From Candidatus Magasanikiibacteriota bacterium (GTDB lineage Bacteria > Patescibacteriota > Patescibacteriia > Magasanikbacterales > UBA922), in contig JBAYJP010000003.1 of NCBI GenBank assembly GCA_041665025.1, forward strand, positions 129,236-193,235: a stretch of DNA of 64,000 nucleotides. Direction: 5' to 3'. Made by a program: the position numbers and the translations under genes. Shown here piece after piece: positions 9,501 through 18,066 of the stretch. The notes under the pieces are model-generated. The model did not search any database, had not been told where the DNA came from, and saw nothing but the letters and a program-made list of their open reading frames with translations. The first letter of the stretch is position 1. Each line of letters starts with the position of its first letter.

Positions 9501-9529
9501 TTGACATAAAAAATCAATTGGGATACAAT
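9501..9529 (+). promoter_or_regulatory. sigma-70-like promoter for hup: TTGACA - 17 nt - TACAAT
   Basis: Perfect -35 at 9501-9506, and -10 TACAAT at 9524-9529. Confidence 0.6.
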
Positions 9530-9604
9530 ACTAATAGATAAAATAAACATTACTTTTAATAATCTTTGCATTTTTCCCAGAATACAAAGACATATCGAGG
9601 TACT

Positions 9605-9889
9605 ATGAATAAAGCACTATTGGCGCAAGCCATTGCCGACAAAGTTGGCGTATCAAAAAAGGAAGCAGAGAGCATGGTAGAAGCATTTGTAGAAATTGTG
9701 ATGACCACGCTCAAAGCAAACGGTGAAGTAAATATCGCAGGCTTTGGTGCGTTTAGTGCCAAGACTCGCGCGGGCCGTGTCGGAGTCAATCCTCAAAATC
9801 CAACTCAAAAAATTCAAATTCCTCCTGTCACTGTACCAAAATTCAAAGCGGGAAAAGGATTGAAAGATATTTTGAAAAATAAAGCCTAA
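9605..9889 (+). CDS. hup: HU family DNA-binding protein
   Basis: MNKALLAQAIADKVGVSKKEAESMVEAFVEIVMTTL...GFGAFSAKTRAGRVGVNPQN is a typical HU/IHF fold. The track ORF starts earlier (9566), but the ATG at 9605 fits HU length. Confidence 0.85.
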   Translation: MNKALLAQAIADKVGVSKKEAESMVEAFVEIVMTTLKANGEVNIAGFGAFSAKTRAGRVGVNPQNPTQKIQIPPVTVPKFKAGKGLKDILKNKA

Positions 9890-9913
9890 ACATTCATATA
9901 AACTGAAATAAAA

Positions 9914-9965
9914 AAACCTCCAGTTCATCCCGACTAAGTCGGAACAAAGACCTGGAGGTTTTTGT
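9914..9965 (+). terminator. rho-independent terminator of hup (aaacctccag...ctggaggttttt)
   Basis: 10-bp stem then TTTTTG. Confidence 0.7.
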
Positions 9966-9999
9966 TATGTGTTACGTGCGCCGTGCTATGTGATTGTAG

Positions 10000-10072
10000 T
10001 GTCAGAGGGGAGAATCGAACTCCCGACCTTAGCGTTATGAATGCTATGCTCTAACCATCTGAGCTACTCTGA
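10000..10072 (-). tRNA. tRNA-Met (anticodon CAT; could also be the lysidine-modified tRNA-Ile2)
   Basis: Hand-folded cloverleaf: acceptor GTCAGAG/CTCTGAC, D-arm GCTC..GAGC, loop TTCATAA, T-arm GGGAG TTCGATT CTCCC. Confidence 0.7.
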
Positions 10073-10074
10073 CC

Positions 10075-10180
10075 CGCGTAAAGTAGCCTTCGGCTACCAC
10101 GCGGCAAGCTATATAGATATTCTTTTATATCTGCTTGCCACGTTGTGAACGAAGTGAACTTTACGTGGAGCTACTCTGAC
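10075..10180 (-). other. tRNA-proximal structured spacer: three hairpins plus a 14-nt duplicate of the tRNA-Met 5' end (GGTCAGAGTAGCTC)
   Basis: gagctactctgacc occurs at 10061-10074 (inside the tRNA) and again at 10167-10180. Between them lie hairpins cgcgt..ggtagccTTCGgctacc..acgcg, gcaagc agatat..atatct gcttgc and ccacgt..acgtgg. Confidence 0.4.
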
Positions 10181-10212
10181 CTAATTTAATTTTAAATTAA
10201 AAATTATTTTCT

Positions 10213-10287
10213 GGTACCGCCAAGGGGAATCGAACCCCTATAACAAGCTTGAGAAGCTTGTGTCCTAACCGTTAGACGATGGCGGCT
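10213..10287 (-). tRNA. tRNA-Glu (anticodon CTC), CCA encoded
   Basis: Hand-folded: anticodon arm CAAGC TTCTCAA GCTTG, T-arm AGGGG TTCGATT CCCCT, and a 3' ACCA end. Confidence 0.75.
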
Positions 10288-10347
10288 CGCTCCCAAAAAC
10301 GGTAGCAGTATATATAAAAAACACCTATTTGTCAACGGTTATTGAAT

Positions 10348-12123
10348 TTATCTCGACGGCGGAATATGATAATAATTCATCATAAATTTTGCAATTTTTG
10401 AAAATGTTGAAGCAGCAGTAAGCGACGCATATGCACGCCGCGGTTTTTCAAATCTAATGATCATGACAAACGCTGGATCATCAACAGGACCAAATCCAAT
10501 GAATGAATGATTTGTCTCGTCTGTGTATCCTCCTGGACCCGCAATCTGGGCAGTACCTGTCTTTCCTGCTATATAGTATCCCGGAACTTTTGCCAATGTA
10601 CCTTGTCCTTGGTCAATAACTCTGACCAACATTCCAGAAAGTAAGGATGCATTACGTTTTTCAAGTATGCGACGGACTTCTTTTGGACGTGTTTCGACTA
10701 CTTTGCCTTGGGGATATCTCACTTCTTGCACAATAAAAGGCTTCATCAGCATTCCCCCGTTTGCAATTGCCGAAAAAGCAGTCGCCATTTGTAAAGGAGT
10801 TGCCGTAATCCCCTGTCCAAACGAAGCTGTGGCCGTGTAGCAATCTACCTTGTCATCTTTGCGCTCTGACAACGAACCTATAGTGCCTGATGATTCAGTA
10901 TCAAGATCTATACCTGTTTTCGTGCCAAACCCATATTGTTCAATATATGATTTGAATTTTTGCTTCCCTAATTTATTGACAACAAAAACCATTCCTGTAT
11001 TTATTGAATTCTCCAGCACGCCAGTCATTGTCTGATCACCATATGATTTTAAGTCAGCGTTTTGGATCAATTTTGTGCATCCAGCGTCAACGCTTCCCGA
11101 ATCATGAAAATATGTTTCTGGGGTTACAAGCTCTTCGTTAAGTACCGCAGACATGGCAATAGGTTTGAATATAGAACCTGGTTCATATGCAGTAAAAACT
11201 GCAGTATTATTATACATGGAAGATGACTCGACTTGATTATATTGATTAGGATCAAAGTCTGGAAACGAACACATCACTCTGATAGCACCTGTCTTAGGTT
11301 CCATAATAATAAGCGAGGCTGTCTGTGCCCCATATTCTTCCTGGTCTTTTTGCAATACTGCACATGCTTCATATTGCAATGTCCTATCAATCGTTAAAAC
11401 TAAATCAACTCCATCTTGTGCAGGCTTCAACAATCTACCCGCAAGAGGTATCCAATTTCCTGTTGCGCCTTTTATCCCCTCCAAAAAACCGCCATTGCCA
11501 GCTAATTCCTTATCCCAATAGCCTTCAATACCATATCTTCCTACATCATTTCCTTCTTCATCCTTTCCTACAAACCCGACAACAGACGCAGCTAATTTTT
11601 TTTCTGGATAATATCGTTCGGATCGGCGCACAAAATGAATTCCTGGCAACTGCAACGCCGTTACCTGTTCCATCATCTGTTGTTCAACCTTTTTTTCAAG
11701 AGGTTCATAAGGGTCTGAGCGTTTATTCAACTGAAGGTAGATAGAAAATTTTTTGTCATCTGGATATGCAAACAATTCTGCCAATTTCTGTGCAACCATT
11801 TCTGCAGCGTTTTCGTCTATTATCTCGCGTGTATCGGCAAACATGAGAAATACATCTCTATTTATCGCGAGAGGATATTCTTCGGCTTTATCACTTGATG
11901 TGAGGTAAATAGAACCTCGTTCGGGGAACAAATTTGTAGTCATCTCGTGAGAACCAGCAGCCAACGCGTCATAAAAATCATGCTGGATTATCATGAGTAT
12001 AAATAAACGCGCAATAACAATAATAAAAAGAGAAACAAATAATACGCCCACAATACGAATGCGGTCTAAAGGACGCGAACGGGCGGAATTATGTGAACGA
12101 GATGTATGAGATGTCTGGTACAT
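10348..12123 (-). CDS. class B penicillin-binding protein (peptidoglycan D,D-transpeptidase, FtsI/PBP2 family)
   Basis: N-terminal TM anchor; SIFK (SxxK), SGN-like and KTGTAQ (KTG) motifs. Confidence 0.8.
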   Translation of the reverse strand: MYQTSHTSRSHNSARSRPLDRIRIVGVLFVSLFIIVIARLFILMIIQHDFYDALAAGSHEMTTNLFPERGSIYLTSSDKAEEYPLAINRDVFLMFADTREIIDENAAEMVAQKLAELFAYPDDKKFSIYLQLNKRSDPYEPLEKKVEQQMMEQVTALQLPGIHFVRRSERYYPEKKLAASVVGFVGKDEEGNDVGRYGIEGYWDKELAGNGGFLEGIKGATGNWIPLAGRLLKPAQDGVDLVLTIDRTLQYEACAVLQKDQEEYGAQTASLIIMEPKTGAIRVMCSFPDFDPNQYNQVESSSMYNNTAVFTAYEPGSIFKPIAMSAVLNEELVTPETYFHDSGSVDAGCTKLIQNADLKSYGDQTMTGVLENSINTGMVFVVNKLGKQKFKSYIEQYGFGTKTGIDLDTESSGTIGSLSERKDDKVDCYTATASFGQGITATPLQMATAFSAIANGGMLMKPFIVQEVRYPQGKVVETRPKEVRRILEKRNASLLSGMLVRVIDQGQGTLAKVPGYYIAGKTGTAQIAGPGGYTDETNHSFIGFGPVDDPAFVMIIRFEKPRRAYASLTAASTFSKIAKFMMNYYHIPPSR

Positions 12124-12146
12124 GGATTAACTCTAAAAAAACAATT

Positions 12147-12222
12147 ATGTACGAAATACGAAAACTGCGAAAGGTACGAAAGTGATATTTCGAATATTTC
12201 GTAGTTTTCGTATTTCGTACAT
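12147..12222. repeat. family A palindromic repeat (atgtacgaaatacgaaaactgcgaaaggtacgaaa ... tttcgaatatttcgtagttttcgtatttcgtacat)
   Basis: About 35-bp inverted arms. The same element recurs at 15094-15168 (inverted orientation) and 24554-24630. Confidence 0.65.
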
Positions 12223-12224
12223 TT

Positions 12225-13259
12225 CTAAATTTTCTTCTGTTTTCCCATTCTCCTTTGTGCAGTCTCTTCATCAATAATCCCCTCTTTCAACAGCCCTTTA
12301 ACCGCATTTTCCATAGAAACCATGCCGTCTCTCGCGCCTGTCTGAATTGCACTAAACAATTGGGCAATATTATTTTCTTTTATAAGGTTGGCAACTGCAG
12401 GAGTGTTGATAAGAACTTCGCGCGCAGCAACACGTTTCCCATCTACGGTGGACACAAGCTGTTGTGCGACAATGCCTCGCAAAACTGCTCCTAACTGTAT
12501 TAATACTTGTTTTTGTCGCGCACCATCAAACACGTCAATAATACGTTCAACGGCCTCTGCAGCACTCGATGTATGCAGTGTAGAAAATACCAAATGACCT
12601 GTCTCAGCGGCAGTCAGAACAGTCGCAATAGTTTCTGGGTCACGCATCTCGCCAACTAAAATTACATTGGGGTCTTGACGCAAGACATGCTTTAACGCAT
12701 TTGCAAATGACTTAGTATCTTCCCCTACTTCGCGTTGTTCAATAAGGCTTTGCTTGTCTTCAAACACAAATTCTATAGGATCTTCAATAGTGACGATATG
12801 GGCTTTTCTGCTTTTGTTTATCTCTTCGATCATGCATGCCAAGGTCGTTGATTTGCCATGTCCTGTCGGACCTACGACAAGCACAAGACCATCAAGAAGT
12901 TGGGTAAAATTTAATAAAGTCGGGTCAAAATGAAGTTCTTCAGGTGTGGGAATTTTACTTGGAATAAGACGTGCCGCCAGACCAATATTTCCTTCTTGGC
13001 GATGCAAATTTACACGAAAACGTGTTTCACTCACTTCATATCCGAAGTCTAATTCAAGTTCTTCTTGAAATTTTTTCTTTTGGTCCGGATTAAGCATGGC
13101 GTGAATGGCTGTTTCCAGTTCTTTCGATGGAAGCACCTTGTCCTCCAGCTCCTGCAATTCACCCTGGACGCGAATCAGGGGCTTTTCCTCACCAACTAAA
13201 TGAAGATCAGAAGCATTTTCCTTTATCGCTGACTCAAAATATGACTTTAGTGTTTTCAT
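12225..13259 (-). CDS. pilT: type IV pilus retraction ATPase PilT
   Basis: GPTGHGKSTT Walker A; PilT/GspE family length and conserved blocks. Confidence 0.85.
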   Translation of the reverse strand: MKTLKSYFESAIKENASDLHLVGEEKPLIRVQGELQELEDKVLPSKELETAIHAMLNPDQKKKFQEELELDFGYEVSETRFRVNLHRQEGNIGLAARLIPSKIPTPEELHFDPTLLNFTQLLDGLVLVVGPTGHGKSTTLACMIEEINKSRKAHIVTIEDPIEFVFEDKQSLIEQREVGEDTKSFANALKHVLRQDPNVILVGEMRDPETIATVLTAAETGHLVFSTLHTSSAAEAVERIIDVFDGARQKQVLIQLGAVLRGIVAQQLVSTVDGKRVAAREVLINTPAVANLIKENNIAQLFSAIQTGARDGMVSMENAVKGLLKEGIIDEETAQRRMGKQKKI

Positions 13260-13407
13260 AGTGAAATAATTAGTTGGCTATATTAATTAAACATGTATAG
13301 TTTAACATATTTACACCCTACAGAGCAATGACTCATTTTGGCTTGATTTTTTGTATATATTCAACTACAATACGTGCAAGTTTACACGACGCAGTGAAGT
13401 AAAGCGG

Positions 13408-13480
13408 CGGGCTATAGCGCAGTTGGTAGCGCGCATGCATGGGGTGCATGAGGTCGTGAGTTCAAGTCTCACTAGCCCGA
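13408..13480 (+). tRNA. tRNA-Pro (anticodon GGG)
   Basis: Acceptor CGGGCTA/TAGCCCG, anticodon arm CATGC ATGGGGT GCATG, T-arm GTGAG TTCAAGT CTCAC. Confidence 0.8.
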
Positions 13481-13482
13481 CG

Positions 13483-13604
13483 AATATGCCAAATCGGGTA
13501 GCGCGTCCCGAGTAATCGGGAAGGTCGTGAGTTCACCCTGAACTACATTGAGTTCAGGATAGCCCTGTACCCCTGTGGTACAGGGCAAGTCTCACTAGCC
13601 CGAC
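13483..13604 (+). ncRNA. tRNA-like structured RNA element, copy 1: GNRA-type hairpin (cccga GTAA tcggg), then a tRNA-Pro-like T-arm/acceptor 3' half whose T-loop is split by two hairpins
   Basis: ...aaggtc GTGAG TTCA [ccctgaact-acattg-agttcagg ata gccctgtacc-cctgt-ggtacagggc] AAGT CTCAC TAGCCCG AC. The bracketed 51 nt sit where the upstream tRNA has the uninterrupted T-loop TTCAAGT. Confidence 0.45.
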
Positions 13605-13615
13605 ACGTATATTAG

Positions 13616-13637
13616 CCTGCCTGCCGGCAGGCAGGCG
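13616..13637. repeat. perfect 22-bp GC-rich palindrome gcctgcctgccggcaggcaggc
   Basis: Self-complementary on inspection. Confidence 0.6.
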
Positions 13638-13771
13638 CAGTTTCCACCTACGCCTTGGCTTCAGTGGATAAAGTCCGTGCGCATGTATATAGTTTGTATA
13701 TCTATCTAGCTTAATAAAAACCACAGCTTCTGTACAACGCCAAGTCTACGCGGCGTAGCGAAGCGAAGCCG

Positions 13772-13844
13772 CGGGCTATAGCGCAGTTGGTAGCGCGCAT
13801 CGTTCGGGACGATGAGGTCGGCAGTTCAAGTCTGCCTAGCCCGA
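13772..13844 (+). tRNA. tRNA-Pro (anticodon CGG)
   Basis: Same acceptor as the first tRNA-Pro; anticodon arm CATCG TTCGGGA CGATG; T-arm GGCAG TTCAAGT CTGCC, with compensatory changes relative to the first copy. Confidence 0.8.
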
Positions 13845-13846
13845 CC

Positions 13847-13968
13847 AATATGCCAAGTCGGGTAGCGCTTCCCGAGTACTCGGGAAGGTCGTGAGTTCAC
13901 CCTGAACTACGTTGAGTTCAGGGTAGCCCTGTACCCCTATGGTACAGGGCAAGTCTCACTAGCCCGAC
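13847..13968 (+). ncRNA. tRNA-like structured RNA element, copy 2
   Basis: Near-identical to copy 1. All 5 differences fall in loops or junctions: gtaat>gtact, acattg>acgttg, cctgt>cctat, aggat>agggt, spacer a>g. Confidence 0.45.
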
Positions 13969-14059
13969 ACAATAAAAATCCTTTCAACTTTATCCCACCA
14001 CAGCGAGATCCCGCTCACTACGGGATAACTTTAAACTTTATAACTTTTAACTCCGTCGT

Positions 14060-15091
14060 ATGCCTGTCAAACAAACTTCGGCCAAAAAAGATGAGGTGCT
14101 GTTTAAAAATAATCAGATTTCGGTGTTTGATTATGACGTGCAAAATTTTGAAGAAAAAGAATCAGCGACTCTGAGTGAATGTGTACATTACAAGCACACA
14201 CCTTCAGTAACATGGATCAATATAGATCGTGTCCCGCCTGCTGATTTTTTGGAAAGACTAGGCCTTGGTTTTGATCTTCATCCGGTTATCTTGGAAGATA
14301 TTGAAAATATAAATCAACGACCAAAAGTTGAAATAATGGATGATTACGTCTATGTGTCAGTAAAAATGCTGACACCGGATGAAAAAACCAAAAAAATCAA
14401 CACTGAACAAGTAAGTATTATCGCGGCTACAAAATTTGTTATTACGTTTCAACAAGGTCTCAAGGGAGATACATTTGAACCCGTTCGTGCGCTTATTCGA
14501 AAAGGCCATACGCGCATTAGATCTCTCGGGACAGACTACTTGCTCTATGAGCTCGTAGATTCTGTCGTAAATAAATATTTTAATGTCTTGGAGACATTTG
14601 GGGAACGGATAGAAGCTCTAGAACAAGAAGTGGTACGAAGTCCAAGCAACAAAACACTGCGAACTATTCACACATTAAAACGAGATATTCTCCAAGTACG
14701 CAAAAGTGTCTGGCCATTGCGCGAAGTGGTAAGTATTCTCGAACGTGGAGAGACAACACTTTTGAAAAAAAGCACACGCATCTATTTTCGTGATATTTAC
14801 GAACGCTTAATACAAATTATAGATTCGCTTGAAACATACCGTGATATCCTCTCGGGCTTACTTGATGTGTATCTCTCAAGCGTAAGCAACAGGCTCAACG
14901 GCGTTATGAAAGTTCTTACCATTATTACCACCATATTCATGCCTTTGTCATTCCTTGCAGGTTTATATGGCATGAACTTCACCTATATGCCTGGGTTGCA
15001 CTCCATATGGGGATTCCCTCTCATGGTAATTTCAATGAGTGTAATTTTTCTTGGAATGATTGTGTACTTCAACAAAAAGGGATGGATATAA
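14060..15091 (+). CDS. corA: magnesium/cobalt transporter CorA
   Basis: C-terminal two TM helices with the YGMNF signature (GLYGMNFTYMPG). Confidence 0.85.
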   Translation: MPVKQTSAKKDEVLFKNNQISVFDYDVQNFEEKESATLSECVHYKHTPSVTWINIDRVPPADFLERLGLGFDLHPVILEDIENINQRPKVEIMDDYVYVSVKMLTPDEKTKKINTEQVSIIAATKFVITFQQGLKGDTFEPVRALIRKGHTRIRSLGTDYLLYELVDSVVNKYFNVLETFGERIEALEQEVVRSPSNKTLRTIHTLKRDILQVRKSVWPLREVVSILERGETTLLKKSTRIYFRDIYERLIQIIDSLETYRDILSGLLDVYLSSVSNRLNGVMKVLTIITTIFMPLSFLAGLYGMNFTYMPGLHSIWGFPLMVISMSVIFLGMIVYFNKKGWI

Positions 15092-15093
15092 AT

Positions 15094-15168
15094 ATGTACG
15101 AAATACGAAAACTACGAAATATTCGAAATTCGTTTTCGTACCTTTCGCAGTTTTCGTATTTCGTACAT
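15094..15168. repeat. family A palindromic repeat, copy 2 (inverted relative to copy 1)
   Basis: The left arm equals the reverse complement of the copy-1 right arm, and vice versa. It starts 3 nt after the corA stop. Confidence 0.65.
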
Positions 15169-15175
15169 TATTACA

Positions 15176-16265
15176 TATGGATTTGGGAGAATTATACAAA
15201 AAACAAATATCACTTCACGAGTGGTTTGAACAGATCGGCCACAACCAAGCTCAAGCGGTACGCGATGAAGACTTATCGCGCCAAGAACGGCTCAAAGTTC
15301 TGAGTGAAATTACAGGGCTTTCTTATGATAAACCGGAAATTTTCAGTCCTCATGATATTTTGAATTATACACAGAAATTTAAAATATTTTTTGAAAAAGA
15401 AAAGAATAACAAATGCCGCCTCCGCCTCTTGCCTCTTTCAAAAGATGCACCAAAACTAAGAACCGTTGGCAGAACAGTGGCAGAATCAGTGGAATGGTTC
15501 AAACAGCAACACATAGATTCAAATGACTACGAACTACACTTTTTAAGCTTCACAGAACAACCACAATGGGCTACTATTTTTGTTATCAATAATTATGGCA
15601 TATACGGAGAAATAGTATGGGGTGGCCACAATCAGCTGACTCAGGGATTTCATGACGCAAAACCTATTACATTTACATTCAATTTTAATGAATGGAAATT
15701 GAGCGAAATAAATATTGAAGTGCTCAAACATCTTAAACAAATAATCTCATTTTTGAATATTTCAGACAACACAGCCCAGGGAAAACTCCGAGAAAAACTT
15801 AACGCAACATTTACAAACAATTATCTTGAGGGATATTTCGAAACGGTGTCAGATGTAACAATTCCTTTACAATTTATTGATTATAACCGTGTGCTCGGAA
15901 AAATATATAAAAATTTTCAAAACACACCGCAAAATCAGACTCGTAACAGTCTTATCGGGCAAACCGGATCACCAGGCATTGTTACTGGCAGGGTAAAAAT
16001 CGTCATACCTAAGAAAATCTCTCAAACTCAACTCCAACCAGATGAAATTCTTGTATGTGATATGACCAGTCCCGACTATGTACCGCTTATGAAACAATCT
16101 GCCGGAATTATTACAGACCGCTGAGGTATTTTGAGTCATGCGGCAATCATAAGCCGTGAACTTGGGAAACCGTGTATCGTAGGCACAAAAGACGCAACCA
16201 AAATTTTGAAAGATGGACAAAAAATAAAAATGGACGCAACACACGGAAATATTGAATTAACATAA
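15176..16265 (+). pseudogene. PEP-utilising-enzyme phosphohistidine (mobile) domain protein, interrupted by an in-frame TGA at 16122-16124 at the conserved first Gly of the GG-x-TSHAAI motif
   Basis: ...[47 protein letters not shown]... stays in the same frame through to TAA at 16263-16265. Likely real start is MDLGELYKK (ATG 15176); the track start at 15060 is TTG inside the repeat. Confidence 0.5.
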
Positions 16266-16296
16266 AAACCACTCCGAACACTCGGGGTGGTTTTAA
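16265..16296 (+). terminator. rho-independent terminator (aaaaccactccgaacactcggggtggtttt)
   Basis: Stem accactccga/tcggggtggt then a T-run. Confidence 0.6.
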
Positions 16297-16381
16297 AATC
16301 GCAGTCTGTGATCTGTGTAATCTGTTTCTAATCTGCCTGCCCCGTACGAACGTAGCGAGTATACGGGGTGTAATCAATGTT

Positions 16382-16687
16382 TTACTTTTTAAACTTACTC
16401 CACTGCGCCTTTACGACTTTTTCAACCATATCGCGCACACTATCTACTAAATCATTTTCAACAGCATATTTATTTACTACTTCTTCGACCATCTTATAAT
16501 ATTTGCTCTTGGTCATGGTCTTCCACTGGTCTGACGCCGTAACCTTTTGTTTTACTTCCTCATACACATCTGCTGCATAATCAAGCATTTTTTCGCGTAC
16601 TTCCTTGCCTTTTTTAGTTACGTTAAGCCACATAAGGCCTGCACCGAGCAACCCTCCTAAAAATAAACCCTTTTTAAATGTACCCAT
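16382..16687 (-). CDS. YtxH-like small membrane-associated protein
   Basis: MGTFKKGLFLGGLLGAGLMWL...GKEVREKM follows the YtxH/DUF948 N-terminal pattern, with a coiled-coil rest. Confidence 0.45.
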   Translation of the reverse strand: MGTFKKGLFLGGLLGAGLMWLNVTKKGKEVREKMLDYAADVYEEVKQKVTASDQWKTMTKSKYYKMVEEVVNKYAVENDLVDSVRDMVEKVVKAQWSKFKK

Positions 16688-16694
16688 ATATCTA

Positions 16695-16760
16695 AGTTAA
16701 AAGTTATAAAGTTTATAAAGTCATAAAGTACTTTATGACTCTTGAACTCTAAAACTGTAG
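16695..16760. repeat. family C repeat (ttataaagt units) including a perfect 20-bp palindrome GTCATAAAGTACTTTATGAC at 16728-16747
   Basis: Read directly from sequence. Related to the unit array at 20765-20873. Confidence 0.55.
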
Positions 16761-16777
16761 GGAGTATACCAAATTCC

Positions 16778-17974
16778 TTATTCTCCGACAAGCTCTTTAT
16801 AAATCATTTCAAGCCCTCCGGCAATATTGTCCCAGCTGTATTCCTCGGCCGTTTTACGGACAGAAACACTCCATTCTTTTCTATTATTAGTATTTGAAAA
16901 AAAATGTGAAACTGCATTGGCCAAATCAACTGGATCATTTGGTTTTACGACAACTCCACCTTCACGAGCAATGGTACGAACCCCTGGCAAATCACTAGCT
17001 ACGACGGGAACCCCGCTTGCCATTGCCTCAAGCAAGACCATACCAAAGGCCTCACCACGCGTCGTAGAGGGCAACACAAGCAGGTCTGCCATATTATAGT
17101 GATAGGGAAGCCCTTCATCGCTCACACGGCCCACAAAACGAACCAAAGGACCTAAACCAAGCCCTGTTGCCTGTGCAATAAATCCCTGTCGCAGTTCCCC
17201 ATCACCCACACATACAGCCTGGCACGGTAGACCCATTTCCTTAAGCAAAAACAACGCCTTAAGCAAAACAGGAATACCTTTAAAATAATGTGGTTTGTCC
17301 ATCCCTCCAACAAATAGAATTACCGGGGCAGTATGATCAAGCCCATATCGCTTAAATAAATTTTCAGGAAGTTCACGGGGCTGAAAACGTTCAGTATCAA
17401 TGCCAAAAGGAACTTCTATCCACTTACCTTCCATTTCTTTTTCTGTAGAGAGCAGAGCTGCATCGCTTGATTTGATATAATCAAATGAACTTGCAATAAC
17501 CGCGTCTGCACTATGCAAAATCTTCGGCATCCAATATTTGGCATAATATTTAAAAATCAAACCTTTCAAACCATCACCCCGCGTATCCATGTGGTATGTA
17601 ATAACAAGAGGCTTTTCCGGATGGCGCAATTTCCATTTTCGGACAATATTTGCCGTGCCAAAAAAAGGATAGTGCAAATGCACAACATCAAAATCATCGA
17701 GTTCGCGTGAAACCTGTGGCATATACGCCGCATTGCCATAACTTATGGGAGTTTCAAGGCGCGAAGCAAAGTCAATTCGTTCCTGCAAATCTTCTTCGTG
17801 CGTTCGTGCTGGAGGAGCTTCTTCTGATTTTATTTCTTTTGGTTCATAATAATTAGGTGTAAAGACCTCTACTTCATGCCCTAAGTTTGCTAAGTGAGAT
17901 GCCATTTCAAACACAACATTACCCATACCGCTATAATATGGGGGATATGTGCAGACAATGTGGGCGATACGCAT
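16778..17974 (-). CDS. glycosyltransferase family 4 (GT-B, retaining)
   Basis: EAFGMVLLEAMASGVPVVASDLPG is the E-x7-E motif region. Confidence 0.8.
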   Translation of the reverse strand: MRIAHIVCTYPPYYSGMGNVVFEMASHLANLGHEVEVFTPNYYEPKEIKSEEAPPARTHEEDLQERIDFASRLETPISYGNAAYMPQVSRELDDFDVVHLHYPFFGTANIVRKWKLRHPEKPLVITYHMDTRGDGLKGLIFKYYAKYWMPKILHSADAVIASSFDYIKSSDAALLSTEKEMEGKWIEVPFGIDTERFQPRELPENLFKRYGLDHTAPVILFVGGMDKPHYFKGIPVLLKALFLLKEMGLPCQAVCVGDGELRQGFIAQATGLGLGPLVRFVGRVSDEGLPYHYNMADLLVLPSTTRGEAFGMVLLEAMASGVPVVASDLPGVRTIAREGGVVVKPNDPVDLANAVSHFFSNTNNRKEWSVSVRKTAEEYSWDNIAGGLEMIYKELVGE

Positions 17975-18066
17975 AACGACAAAGATTAAAAGATTGCAAG
18001 ATTGAAAGATTACGACTTGCCACCACCAAACCTTGAGAAAGTAAAAAAATGTAAAAATGTAACAAT

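Noticed and set aside
12089-12274. ORF 12089..12274(-) and the N-terminal extension of 15060..16124
   Set aside because: Both are produced by reading through the family A palindromic repeat. They start at TTG, and the translations (..VRNTKTTKYSKY..) are repeat-encoded.
13483-13604. Interpreting the tRNA-adjacent element as a group I/II intron or as a canonical intron-containing tRNA
   Set aside because: The element is too short and lacks the P-Q-R-S / domain V structure. It also has no 5' acceptor strand or D-arm, and the insertion is in the T-loop, not the anticodon loop.
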